From Octopus sinensis (lineage: Eukaryota): a DNA stretch of 8,749 bases. Location: the NCBI RefSeq assembly GCF_006345805.1, contig NW_021828198.1:1-8749 (forward strand). The letters are read 5' to 3'. Below, piece by piece: positions 1 through 7,115 of this stretch. The translations under genes were made by a program, and so were the position numbers. Below the pieces are notes generated by a model. It did not search any database and was not told where the DNA came from. It saw only the letters and a program-made list of their open reading frames with translations. How positions within the stretch are numbered: the stretch's first letter is position 1; every line of letters starts with the position of its first letter.

Positions 1-154
1 AGTGGGAATATAATTCATCTTGATTCGCTCTACATTCATTCTGCCAAGGTTACGAGGCTCTCTGATACTTATATATGTGGTGTACGTGTATGAATGTGTG
101 CATGTGTGTGTATGCGTGTGCATTCAAATATACATCATATACGTTTATATATAC

Positions 155-155
<1 letters not shown>

Positions 156-225
<70 letters not shown>
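156..225. repeat. (TA)n microsatellite
   Basis: Uninterrupted TA dinucleotide run. Confidence 0.97.
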
Positions 226-229
<4 letters not shown>

Positions 230-266
230 CATATGCATATATGCACATACATACACATATATACAT

Positions 267-347
<81 letters not shown>
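267..347. repeat. (TAGA)n tetranucleotide microsatellite, about 20 units
   Basis: Perfect TAGA run. Confidence 0.97.
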
Positions 348-365
348 GCATATATATTTACATAT

Positions 366-410
<45 letters not shown>

Positions 411-540
411 GTACATGAATATATACATATATAAATGTATATATATGTATATATATCTATCTATATATATGTGTATATATATGTATGTTCTATCCCTTGT
501 CGTTGGGACATTTGCTGATGACGTCGCACTAGATTTTGCG

Positions 541-577
<37 letters not shown>

Positions 578-583
578 ATATAT
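348..583. repeat. Degenerate (TA)n/(TATG)n microsatellite block surrounding a 53-bp complex island (488-540)
   Basis: Interrupted TA runs at 348-487 and 541-583. Confidence 0.9.
488..540 (+). mobile_element. Possible tiny non-LTR reverse transcriptase fragment (FADD catalytic motif)
   Basis: Frame of ORF 346..603 reads [18 protein letters not shown]; FADDVAL (511-531) matches the (Y/F)ADD-hydrophobic motif of LINE RTs. Very short, so chance is possible. Confidence 0.3.
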
Positions 584-676
584 TAGCCAGGTGGTGCTCT
601 TAAGTTAGACATGGCCTGGGCCAATACTGGCCAAAACCTTTCTAAGTTATTCTAAGTTATATACATACATATATAA

Positions 677-832
677 ACGCAAGAGTGGCTGCATGGTAAG
701 TATCTTGCCTACCAAGCATGTGGTTCCGGGTTCAGTCCCGCTGCGTGACACCTATAGCCTCGGGCCGACCAAAGCCTTCTGAGTGGATCTGGTAGATGGA
801 AACTGAAAGAAGCCCGTCGTATATATGTATAT
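677..832 (+). mobile_element. tRNA-derived SINE family A, 5' half (copy A1)
   Basis: A-box-like TGGCTGCATGG (686-696) and B-box-like GGTTCAGTCCC (729-739), then central domain ...GGGCCGACCAAAGCC...GGAAACTGAAAGAAGCCCGTCG matching the reverse complement of 6156-6311 and 7359-7514. Has a 19-nt internal deletion and ends in a TA-rich stub. Confidence 0.92.
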
Positions 833-975
833 ACGCAGGAGTGGCAGTGTGGTAAGTAGCTTGCTTATAAACCACATGGTTCCGGGTTCTGTCCCACTGC
901 GTGACACTTGAGGCAAGTGCTTCTACTATACCCTTGAGCCGACCAAAACTTTGCGAGCGAATTTGGTAGACGGAG
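833..975 (+). mobile_element. tRNA-derived SINE family A, 5' part (copy A2), head-to-tail with A1, 3'-truncated
   Basis: ACGCAGGAGTGGCAGTGTGGTAAGTAGCTTGC... aligns to A1, A3 and A4 until ...TTTGGTAGACGGA. Confidence 0.9.
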
Positions 976-977
976 TT

Positions 978-1400
978 TCATAGTTCGTTTTATGTGTAGG
1001 TTGTTTCGAATCAAGGTGAGGCAGTGTTTTTGGTAGTTGTCTTACCCATCTCTATTCACGACTGCTTTCCGCCACTGGCTCCCTACTTGCCCCCAACTTT
1101 CGCAACAGTATACCGCTCCTAGTAAATAATATTGGCAATCCCTCTGAACCAGGTTGAGAGTAGTTCATGAATCTTACAGACCGAGCGAAATTTTAAGGGC
1201 TTGTCGCTTCTTGCGTGGGAAAACTGGATTTTAGTCAAACTGTACACATGAATCCTAAATATCAGTGGCCATTTTTCAATGTGTTGAAAGTCGATATCTT
1301 TCAATAACTGGGACATGTATATCACCGTGATCTATGAGATATATGCCCCATATCACACTGAAGCAAGTAAATCGCTCTTATCATCCTTCAGCATCCTTGA
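978..1400 (-). mobile_element. Possible heavily decayed RTE-like LINE RT C-terminal region
   Basis: One minus frame with several stops reads ERFT..WGIYLIDHGDIHVPVIERYRL...LLGAVYCCESW (YCCESW at 1110-1093)...YQKHCLTLI. This resembles the RTE pattern FTYLGS..DG..EI..RI...LLYGCETW...HQRCLRRI, but spacing is imperfect. Confidence 0.35.
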
Positions 1401-1507
1401 TATACCTCCTTTCATCTCGGCTCCTTTCTTCGACTGTCCCAAGAAGTCGGATGCTAGCGGATGGAACTCTTCGCCCAGCTTAGTTATTTCGCATTATAGT
1501 TTCCAAC

Positions 1508-1737
1508 AGCGAGCTGGCAGAAACGTTAGCACGCCTGGCGAAATGCGTAGCCGTATTTCGTCTGCCGCTACGTTCTGAGTTCAAATTCCACCGAGGCCGA
1601 CTTTGCCTTTCATCCCTTCGGGGTCGATTAAATGAGTTCCAGTTACGCACTGGGGTCGATATAATCGACTTAATCCGTTTGGCTGTCCTTGTTTGTCCTC
1701 TCTGTGTTTAGCTCCTTGTGGTTAGTAAATAAATAGG
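1508..1737 (+). mobile_element. CORE-type tRNA-derived SINE family B, tail type 1 (copy B1, full length)
   Basis: A-box-like TGGCAGAAACG (1515-1525), B-box GTTCAAATTC (1579-1588), central GCCTTTCATCC.TTCGGGGTCGAT..AAT.AGT.CCAGTT...CACTGGGGTCGAT, tail TAATCCGTTTG.CTGTCCTTGTTTGTCC...GTAAA.AAATAGG. Resembles octopus OR-type SINEs as I recall them (unverified). Confidence 0.9.
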
Positions 1738-1937
1738 AATTTCGTCTGCCGCTACGTTCTGAGTTCAAATTCCGCCGAGGCCGACTTTGCCTTTCATCCT
1801 TTCGGGGTCGATTAAATAAGTACTAGCCACGAACTGGGGTCGATACAATCGGCTTCATCCGTTTGTTTGTCCTTGTTTGTCCCCTTTGTGTCTAGCCCTT
1901 TGTGGGTAGTAAAGAAATAAGAAACGTTAGAACGCCG
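1738..1937 (+). mobile_element. SINE family B concatemer continuation: 5'-truncated copy B2 (1738-1920) plus a third head fragment (1921-1937)
   Basis: 1738-1920 repeats 1554-1737; 1921-1937 GAAACGTTAGAACGCCG repeats 1520-1536. No spacers between them. Confidence 0.9.
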
Positions 1938-2097
1938 TATATGTGTGTGGTGTGTGTGTACACGCGCGCGATTGCTGTCCGCTCGTTACCGAGAAAGGCC
2001 ATGATTGACCATTAAGGAGATTGTGCGCAAATTTATATCCTACTCTTGTGGCTCCGTTGCTGAGTAATGAGCCCAGTCCTTGATACAGATACGCGTC

Positions 2098-2143
2098 CTT
2101 ATATATAGCCGACCAAACTTATCTCATTCATTACAATGGCGGC
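2098..2143 (+). promoter_or_regulatory. Core-promoter-like arrangement: TATA box, Inr-like TCATT, ATGGCGGC
   Basis: TATATATAG at 2100-2108; TCATT with A at 2130 (30 nt after the TATA T); ATGGCGGC at 2136 (YY1/TISU-like); CpG-rich upstream (1963-2096). The ORF stops after 12 codons. Confidence 0.2.
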
Positions 2144-2183
2144 GCGTTTTAAAGCAGATATGCATGAAAAATGAGTGGGGTTT

Positions 2184-2515
2184 TTTTTCAAAAATATCCG
2201 CTCCTTTTACTTGTTTCGTCCATTGGTAACAACGACAAGCATTTTCAACGAGGGCGCGCACACGCACACACACACACACACAACGAGGACTTCACACGCA
2301 CACTCCTCAAATCGTAGTCTTGGTTTCTGCTAAGGGCACTTTCCACAAACAGGTTTGCCACGTAGCATCTCCTTAGAGATCCTCCGATCATTTATCCGCA
2401 CAAGGTGTCTAGTCCCTTCTCAATGCTGAGGACATCAACGCCCCTCAAGATCAGTGTCTGGGGTTGGCAAGAAGAAGCCAACATTCAGAGTGTTTCAGAC
2501 ATCTTTGAGGCGTTC
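2184..2515 (-). mobile_element. Decayed RTE-clade LINE, C-terminal part of ORF (post-RT region)
   Basis: With frameshifts: QRCLKH(2507-)...LRGVDVLSIEK...HLVRINDRRISKEMLRGKPVCGKCP*QKPRLRFEECACEVLV (2407-2282). After removing an insert it continues ENACRCYQWTKQVKGADIFEK. Matches the RTE pattern HQRCLRRIL..EVL..SIE..GHV.RM.D.RIPK..L.G...GKR..G.P.LR(Y/F).D...W...V..GA..FE. Confidence 0.78.
2254..2280. repeat. GC/(CA)n insert flanked by the 8-bp direct repeat CAACGAGG
   Basis: CAACGAGG at 2246-2253 and 2281-2288. Confidence 0.8.
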
Positions 2516-2547
2516 TGTGACCCTTACATGATGCCCGTAAAGGGTCC

Positions 2548-2678
2548 ATGTCTCACATACATATATACATATGTTTTCTTATAATTGACACTATGAACGT
2601 GTATAGATATATTTATGTACAATTACACATATGTATACATGCATACTCACAAACATGCGTGTGTGTATGTATGTATAC

Positions 2679-2737
<59 letters not shown>

Positions 2738-3042
2738 CAGAGAGAGAGGGGGAGACGGAGGGAGAAAGAGTGGGAGATTGTGTATATGTATATTACCTTT
2801 GTTTTTTTAAGAAGATAGAGTATGACTCTAGGGAATTTGGTTGTTATTTCTTGATGGATGAGGACATACATGAACACACACACACACATATACATACATA
2901 CATACATACATACATACATACATACATACTATATATTCTTTAATACACTCATACACACACTTGCTTACATGCATAAGCATAACTTCATAAATATAATACA
3001 TATACATGCAGATATGGGTGTGTATGTATGTATGTATGTATG

Positions 3043-3115
<73 letters not shown>

Positions 3116-3255
3116 CATATATATACAGACATATGTATGCATGCATACGTATGTTTGCACATACATAACATGTGTGAGCCTACGTTTGTATGTCTATATG
3201 CTTGAATGTGTATTCATGCGTGCGCATGCGCACGCATGTATGCGTGTGTGTGCTC
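2548..3255. repeat. Compound microsatellite region: (TA)n, (CATA)n 2888-2927, (GTAT)n 3021-3045, (TA)n 3043-3124, short GA tract
   Basis: Visible simple repeats; source of ORFs 2548-3323. Confidence 0.9.
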
Positions 3256-3385
3256 TTTCAATATTGTCTCTACCTGTATTAAAACTAGAAATTCATGTTT
3301 CTTTTCTATACAACAACTATTAACTTATTAATACGTTTCTCGCGTAAATGTAAGGCTTTTTTTTCTCCACATACATTTCTCTTTC

Positions 3386-3387
<2 letters not shown>

Positions 3388-3442
<55 letters not shown>
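3388..3442. repeat. (TTA)n microsatellite
   Basis: Perfect trinucleotide run. Confidence 0.97.
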
Positions 3443-3587
3443 GTTTTCCTTTTTTGCCTTTCACGTGTGAATAGAGTCTATCTCTGCATATATTAGTTTC
3501 TCTCCGTCATAATTTCATGAGCTTTCCATAACAATAAGTTAGGAATACTATATCTTTCCTAACAGCTCACTTTCTGACAATCGGCGA

Positions 3588-3616
3588 CACACAGACACAT
3601 ACACACACACACACAT
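3588..3616. repeat. (CA)n microsatellite, followed by a pyrimidine-rich tract to about 3695
   Basis: Visible simple repeat. Confidence 0.85.
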
Positions 3617-3815
3617 ACGCTCAGGTTTTTCTTCTTCCTCTCTCTTTCTTTTTCCTTATCCTCTCTCCGTCTTCCTTCCTGTTCTTTTCCCTCTCGCTAT
3701 ACCATACATATACCAGCGGTGCACGTTAGCGTATTTGTTTTCTATTGTTCCCAGTTGCATTGTCGACTTGTTTCTTTGTTATTCTTAAAGCTGATAAAGA
3801 AATTATTAGAAATAT

Positions 3816-4039
3816 GGCAGAATGACAATATTGATAGAGCAACCGATGGAATACCTTGCGGTATTTTGTTGCGTTGTACTCTTACTTTCTGAGTTCAAAT
3901 ACAACTTAGTGCAAGTTTGCCTTTTGTCCCTCCGGAGTTGATAAAATAAAATATCAGTCTACTACTTGGGTCGATTGCATCGCCTTATATCTTACTCTCA
4001 AAATGTCTGGCCATGTGCCATAATTAGGAAAGATTATTA
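3816..4039 (+). mobile_element. SINE family B, tail type 2, strongly decayed (copy B3)
   Basis: GGCAGAAT...GCGGTATTT...TTCTGAGTTCAAAT...TTTGCCTTT..TCC.TCCGGAGTTGATAAAATAA...GGGTCGAT...AAAATGTCTGGCCATGTGCCA...GATTATTA. Confidence 0.75.
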
Positions 4040-4044
4040 AAGTT

Positions 4045-4486
4045 AAAAAATTACTATTTCTAAATCTCACACCGTGAGATATTCAGCAACAGTACTTTGT
4101 AGTAAATATTGCTTGCCAACATAACATGGCATCATGGTTTAGGACTAATGTTGCTGTAATTTATCTCCAGGAGACATCGTCTCCAGTTGGCTATACGACA
4201 CGATCTGTGTCCTTATATTTTCGAACAAGGGAATCTATCAACCCCACTCAGCTCAAAACAATATCTGTGTATCGCGATTCTTGGGTTATTTCCCTTCATC
4301 AGCACAGAATAATTGTTCGGTTTGAGGTGGCGCTGCCAAATTCCCGTTCGAAATATATAGTTTTCAAAGTGACAACCAGTCACTGGTTCATAAATTAGAA
4401 AATTATTATTTTTAAATCTCACAACGCGAGATATTCAGCAACAGCACTTTGTAGTAAAGATTATTATGTTGGCAAACCATCTTTAC
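4045..4486 (-). mobile_element. Terminally redundant 442-bp insert (352-nt period) with a hammerhead motif; candidate retrozyme or non-autonomous Penelope-like element
   Basis: Direct repeats 4045-4110 and 4397-4462 (59/66 identical); flanking 13-bp duplication GATTATTAAAGTT at 4032-4044 and 4487-4499; internal hammerhead-like motif at 4264-4308. The structure is seen directly; the classification is inferred. Confidence 0.6.
4264..4308 (-). ncRNA. Degenerate minimal type-I hammerhead ribozyme (HHR-1)
   Basis: Minus strand: TCTGTG [CTGATGA] A GGG aaataa CCC AAGA ATCGCGAT A CACAGA. Stem I is 6 bp, CUGAUGA is intact, stem II is 3 bp, helix III is palindromic, triplet is AUA. The GAA of the core is corrupted to AAGA. 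Confidence 0.65.
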
Positions 4487-4508
4487 GATTATTAAAGTTG
4501 TTGTTGAT

Positions 4509-4719
4509 GGTGACTTAGCAGAAACGTTAGCACGCCAGGTGGAATGCTTAGCGGTATTTCGCTTGCCGCTACGTTCTGAGTTCAAATTCGGCCGAGGTCT
4601 ACATTACCTTTCATCCTATCAGGGTCGATAAATTAAGTAACGGCTGAGCACTGGGATCGATGTAATTGACTTCTACCCCAAAATTACTGGCCTTGTGACA
4701 ACATTCGAAATTTATGTTG
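4509..4719 (+). mobile_element. SINE family B, tail type 2 (copy B4)
   Basis: Head AGCAGAAACGTTAGCACGCC, B-box GAGTTCAAATTC, central domain, tail CCCCAAAATTACTGGCCTTGTG. Confidence 0.9.
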
Positions 4720-4722
4720 CTT

Positions 4723-4958
4723 GTGGTGAGCTGGCAGTATCGTTAGTACACCGAGCAAAAAGCCTAGCGACGTTTCGTCCGACTCCTTACGTTCTGAGTT
4801 CAAATCACGCTGAGGTTAACTTTACCTTTCATCCTTTTGAGATCGATAAAATAAGTACTAGTTGAACATTGGGTTCCATGTAATCGATTTACCCTGATCG
4901 ATTAACCCTCTACCCGGAAATCGCTGGCCTTGTGCCAAACTTTAAAATCAATATTATT
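4723..4958 (+). mobile_element. SINE family B, tail type 2 (copy B5), with an internal 14-nt tandem duplication (4883-4909)
   Basis: GGTGAGCTGGCAG head, GAGTTCAAATC B-box, central domain, tail GAAATCGCTGGCCTTGTGCCAAA..AATATTATT. Confidence 0.88.
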
Positions 4959-4961
4959 GCT

Positions 4962-5166
4962 GGCGGTGAGCTGGCAGAATCGTTACAGCACCGGAATTAT
5001 GCCTTGAAGGATTTCTTCCGTTTCTTTACAATCTGAGCTCATTATGAGCTTTATCTTTCATCAATTCGGGGTCGATTAAATAAACTATCAGTCAAGTACT
5101 GATATCGAGGGTATTGACATCTCCTTTCCTCGAAATTTCTGGCCATCTGCCAAAGTCAGAGAACTC
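4962..5166 (+). mobile_element. SINE family B, tail type 2, decayed (copy B6)
   Basis: GGCGGTGAGCTGGCAGAATCGTT head; TTTCATC..TTCGGGGTCGATTAAATAA central domain; GAAATTTCTGGCCATCTGCCAAA tail. Confidence 0.82.
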
Positions 5167-5263
<97 letters not shown>

Positions 5264-5275
5264 TTATTATTATTA
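5167..5275. repeat. (ATT)n microsatellite, the expanded tail of B6
   Basis: Near-perfect ATT run between B6 and B7. Confidence 0.97.
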
Positions 5276-5276
5276 C

Positions 5277-5500
5277 GGCGGCGAGTTGGCAGAATCGTTA
5301 GCACGCATGGTTAAATGCTTAGCGGTATTTCGCCTGTCGCTACGTTCTAAGTTCAAATTCCGCCGCAGTCGACTTTGCCTTTCATCCCTTCAGGGTCGAT
5401 AAATTAAGTACCAGTTAAACACTGAGGTCGTTTCCCCAAAATGGCTGCCCATGTGCCTAAATTTGAAACCATTATTATTATTATTATTATTATTATATTA
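5277..5500 (+). mobile_element. SINE family B, tail type 2 (copy B7), with (ATT)n tail 5471-5500
   Basis: GGCGGCGAGTTGGCAGAATCGTTAGCACG head, GTTCAAATTC, central domain, a short deletion before the tail CCCCAAAATGGCTG...TTTGAAACC(ATT)n. Confidence 0.9.
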
Positions 5501-5504
5501 CTAA

Positions 5505-5730
5505 AGCGGCGAGCTGGCAGGATCGTAAACGCGCCGGACGAAATGGTTATTGGCGTTTCGTCCGTCTTTACGTTCTGAGTTCAAATTCCGTCGAGGTCAG
5601 CTTTGCCTTTCATCTTTTCGAGGTTGATGACGTAAGTACCAGTTGAATACTGGGGCCGATGTAATTGACTATCCTCCTCCCCTAAATTTCAGGTCTTGTG
5701 CCTTTTGTAGAAAGAATTATTATTATTATT
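5505..5730 (+). mobile_element. SINE family B, tail type 2 variant (copy B8), with (ATT)n tail
   Basis: GCGGCGAGCTGGCAG head, GAGTTCAAATTCC, central domain, tail CCCCTAAATTTCAGGTCTTGTGCC...AGAAAGAATTATT. Confidence 0.9.
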
Positions 5731-5855
5731 CAGTAGTCTTATTTTTATCACGTGCTTTCACTGCACTACCGAGTGCAGCTCTGTGTGCCTTGGGTATGTG
5801 CTGTGGTGTGCTGTGGTGCTCTTATTTTCACTGTATTGAAAGTGCTTTACGTAGC
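5716..5855 (-). mobile_element. Putative 3' end of an unidentified (AAT)n-tailed retroelement, tail-to-tail with B8
   Basis: Minus strand ends ...GAAAGCACGTGATAAAAATAAGACTACTG(AAT)n. Looks like a retroposon 3' UTR; I cannot assign a family. Confidence 0.35.
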
Positions 5856-6069
5856 ATACTCTTTTACTTGTTTCATTCATTTGACTGCGGCCATGCTTGA
5901 GCACCGCCTCTAGTTGAGCAACTCGACCCCGGGACTTATGTCTTTTGTAAGCCCAGTACTTATTCTATCGGTCTCTTTTGCCGAACCGCTAAGTAACGGG
6001 GACATAAACACACCAGCATCGGTTGTCAAGCGATTTTGAGGGGGTCAAACACAGACCCACAAACACACA

Positions 6070-6153
<84 letters not shown>

Positions 6154-6311
6154 TACGACGGGCTTCTTTCAGTTTCCGTCTGCCAAATCCACTCACAAGG
6201 CTTTGGTCGGCCCGAGGCAATAGTGGAAGACACTTGCCCAAGGTGCCACGCAGTGGGACTGAACCCAGAACCATATGGTTGATAAGCAAGCTACTTACCA
6301 CACAGCCACTC
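5856..6311 (-). mobile_element. SINE family A, near full length (copy A3), with internal (TA)n(TG)n
   Basis: tRNA-like head (6311-6250), central domain to 6156, microsatellite 6063-6155, then a 3' domain with a CORE-related segment (5912-5970) and tail GGCGGTGCTC.AGCATGGCCGCAGTCAAATGA.TGAAACAAGTAAAAGAG. Colinear with 7116-7514. Confidence 0.93.
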
Positions 6312-6545
6312 ATTATAGAGTGAAAGAGCAGTGCATGCCGTCAAAGTAACATTGGGTAAAATTCACAAAGCCCATTATACCCATCATGGTTAACCATCTG
6401 ATAAGGACACACCGGGCACATGCATCACACTATATGTGCGCGACATGGTGATCTCATATCAAGATAAACCAGCGCATGACCTTCCAGGTGAGGCCCAGTT
6501 AGGATTTTCTTCATTTCGATTAGCCCATTCCACTCAATAGGGTCC
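6312..6545 (-). mobile_element. Putative 3' UTR of another interspersed retroelement abutting the A3 head
   Basis: Complex non-coding sequence whose minus strand ends ...GCATGCACTGCTCTTTCACTCTATAAT, a possible AAT-type tail remnant. It resembles a repeat I recall from octopus sequences (unverified); no second copy in the window. Confidence 0.3.
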
Positions 6546-7003
6546 TTTACCTGCTGATCAAATAGGTTGTGTATTTTGTTCGCCCTTCGAAACGAAGACT
6601 TTTTGCAACCTGGATATTGTGCCTTAATAAATTTACTCTCTTAAAGTTGCCGCCCACCGAAACAGAGTGTAAATAAAGAAACTAAAGTTTGTTGTTCTTG
6701 TTTTTTGCTTTGTTTTTCAGGTGAAGTTTCATATCTTTTTTCCTGTGTCAACGCAAAAAACAAAACACAAAAAAAAAGGGCTACGGAAATTGCGAGCCGC
6801 GCCCCACAAAAGAAAATTAACACCAAACAAAATAATACAGTTCACAATTGCATAACAAATGAGAGAACAGTAATTTAATTACACAGCAAGATATTTATGT
6901 CTAATGGAAACAATACGGAACCTGAAAATATCTTAACAACCAAAAATGCCAGTTTGAATACCTTGGATGGAAATGTCAACAACAAAACATTGGCATACAT
7001 AAC

Positions 7004-7006
<3 letters not shown>

Positions 7007-7036
<30 letters not shown>

Positions 7037-7077
7037 TGTATGTATGTATGTATGTATGTATGTATGTATGTATGTAT
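7007..7077. repeat. (TATG)n tetranucleotide microsatellite
   Basis: Perfect TATG run. Confidence 0.97.
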
Positions 7078-7115
7078 TTATATATGTGTATGTATATATA
7101 CTCTTTCTCTTTTTG

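Noticed and set aside
515-540. CTGATGA followed by a CGCA/TGCG hairpin as a hammerhead
   Set aside because: No GAAA, helix III or stem I partner follows; an RT motif reading fits at least as well.
20-603. ORFs rich in IY, YI, LSIY and CV repeats (also 2548-3323, 5092-5314, 6023-6323, 6897-7250)
   Set aside because: They are translations of stop-free microsatellites, not genes.
677-740. tRNA genes at SINE heads
   Set aside because: A/B boxes are present, but no complete cloverleaf is evident and SINE body sequence follows.
1119-1578. ORFs 1119..1325 (-) and 1315..1578 (+)
   Set aside because: No recognisable protein; the second runs into SINE B1, and the weak LINE similarity is in a different, stop-ridden frame.
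2204-2217. CTTTTACTTGTTTC, identical to the SINE-A 3' terminus
   Set aside because: The match is only 14 nt and lies in frame within the RTE remnant (KQVK), so coincidence is more likely.
4126-4422. ORFs 4126..4398 (+, 90 aa) and 4213..4422 (-), and a possible 156-nt exon 4171-4326
   Set aside because: They lie inside the terminally redundant insert, show no known domain and have a weak donor (GTGGCG); the RNA-structure explanation is stronger.
3816-5730. CRISPR-like array or true satellite
   Set aside because: The units are Pol III SINEs of about 200-230 bp with A/B boxes in a eukaryotic context; there is no repeat-spacer structure.
6554-6600. CTGATCA...CTTCGAAACGAAG as another hammerhead
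   Set aside because: The core is CTGATCA, and no stem I or II pairing is evident; only a small hairpin.
6700-6726. Strong splice acceptor TTTTTGCTTTGTTTTTCAG|GTGAAG
   Set aside because: No convincing downstream exon or donor; T-rich tracts are common here.
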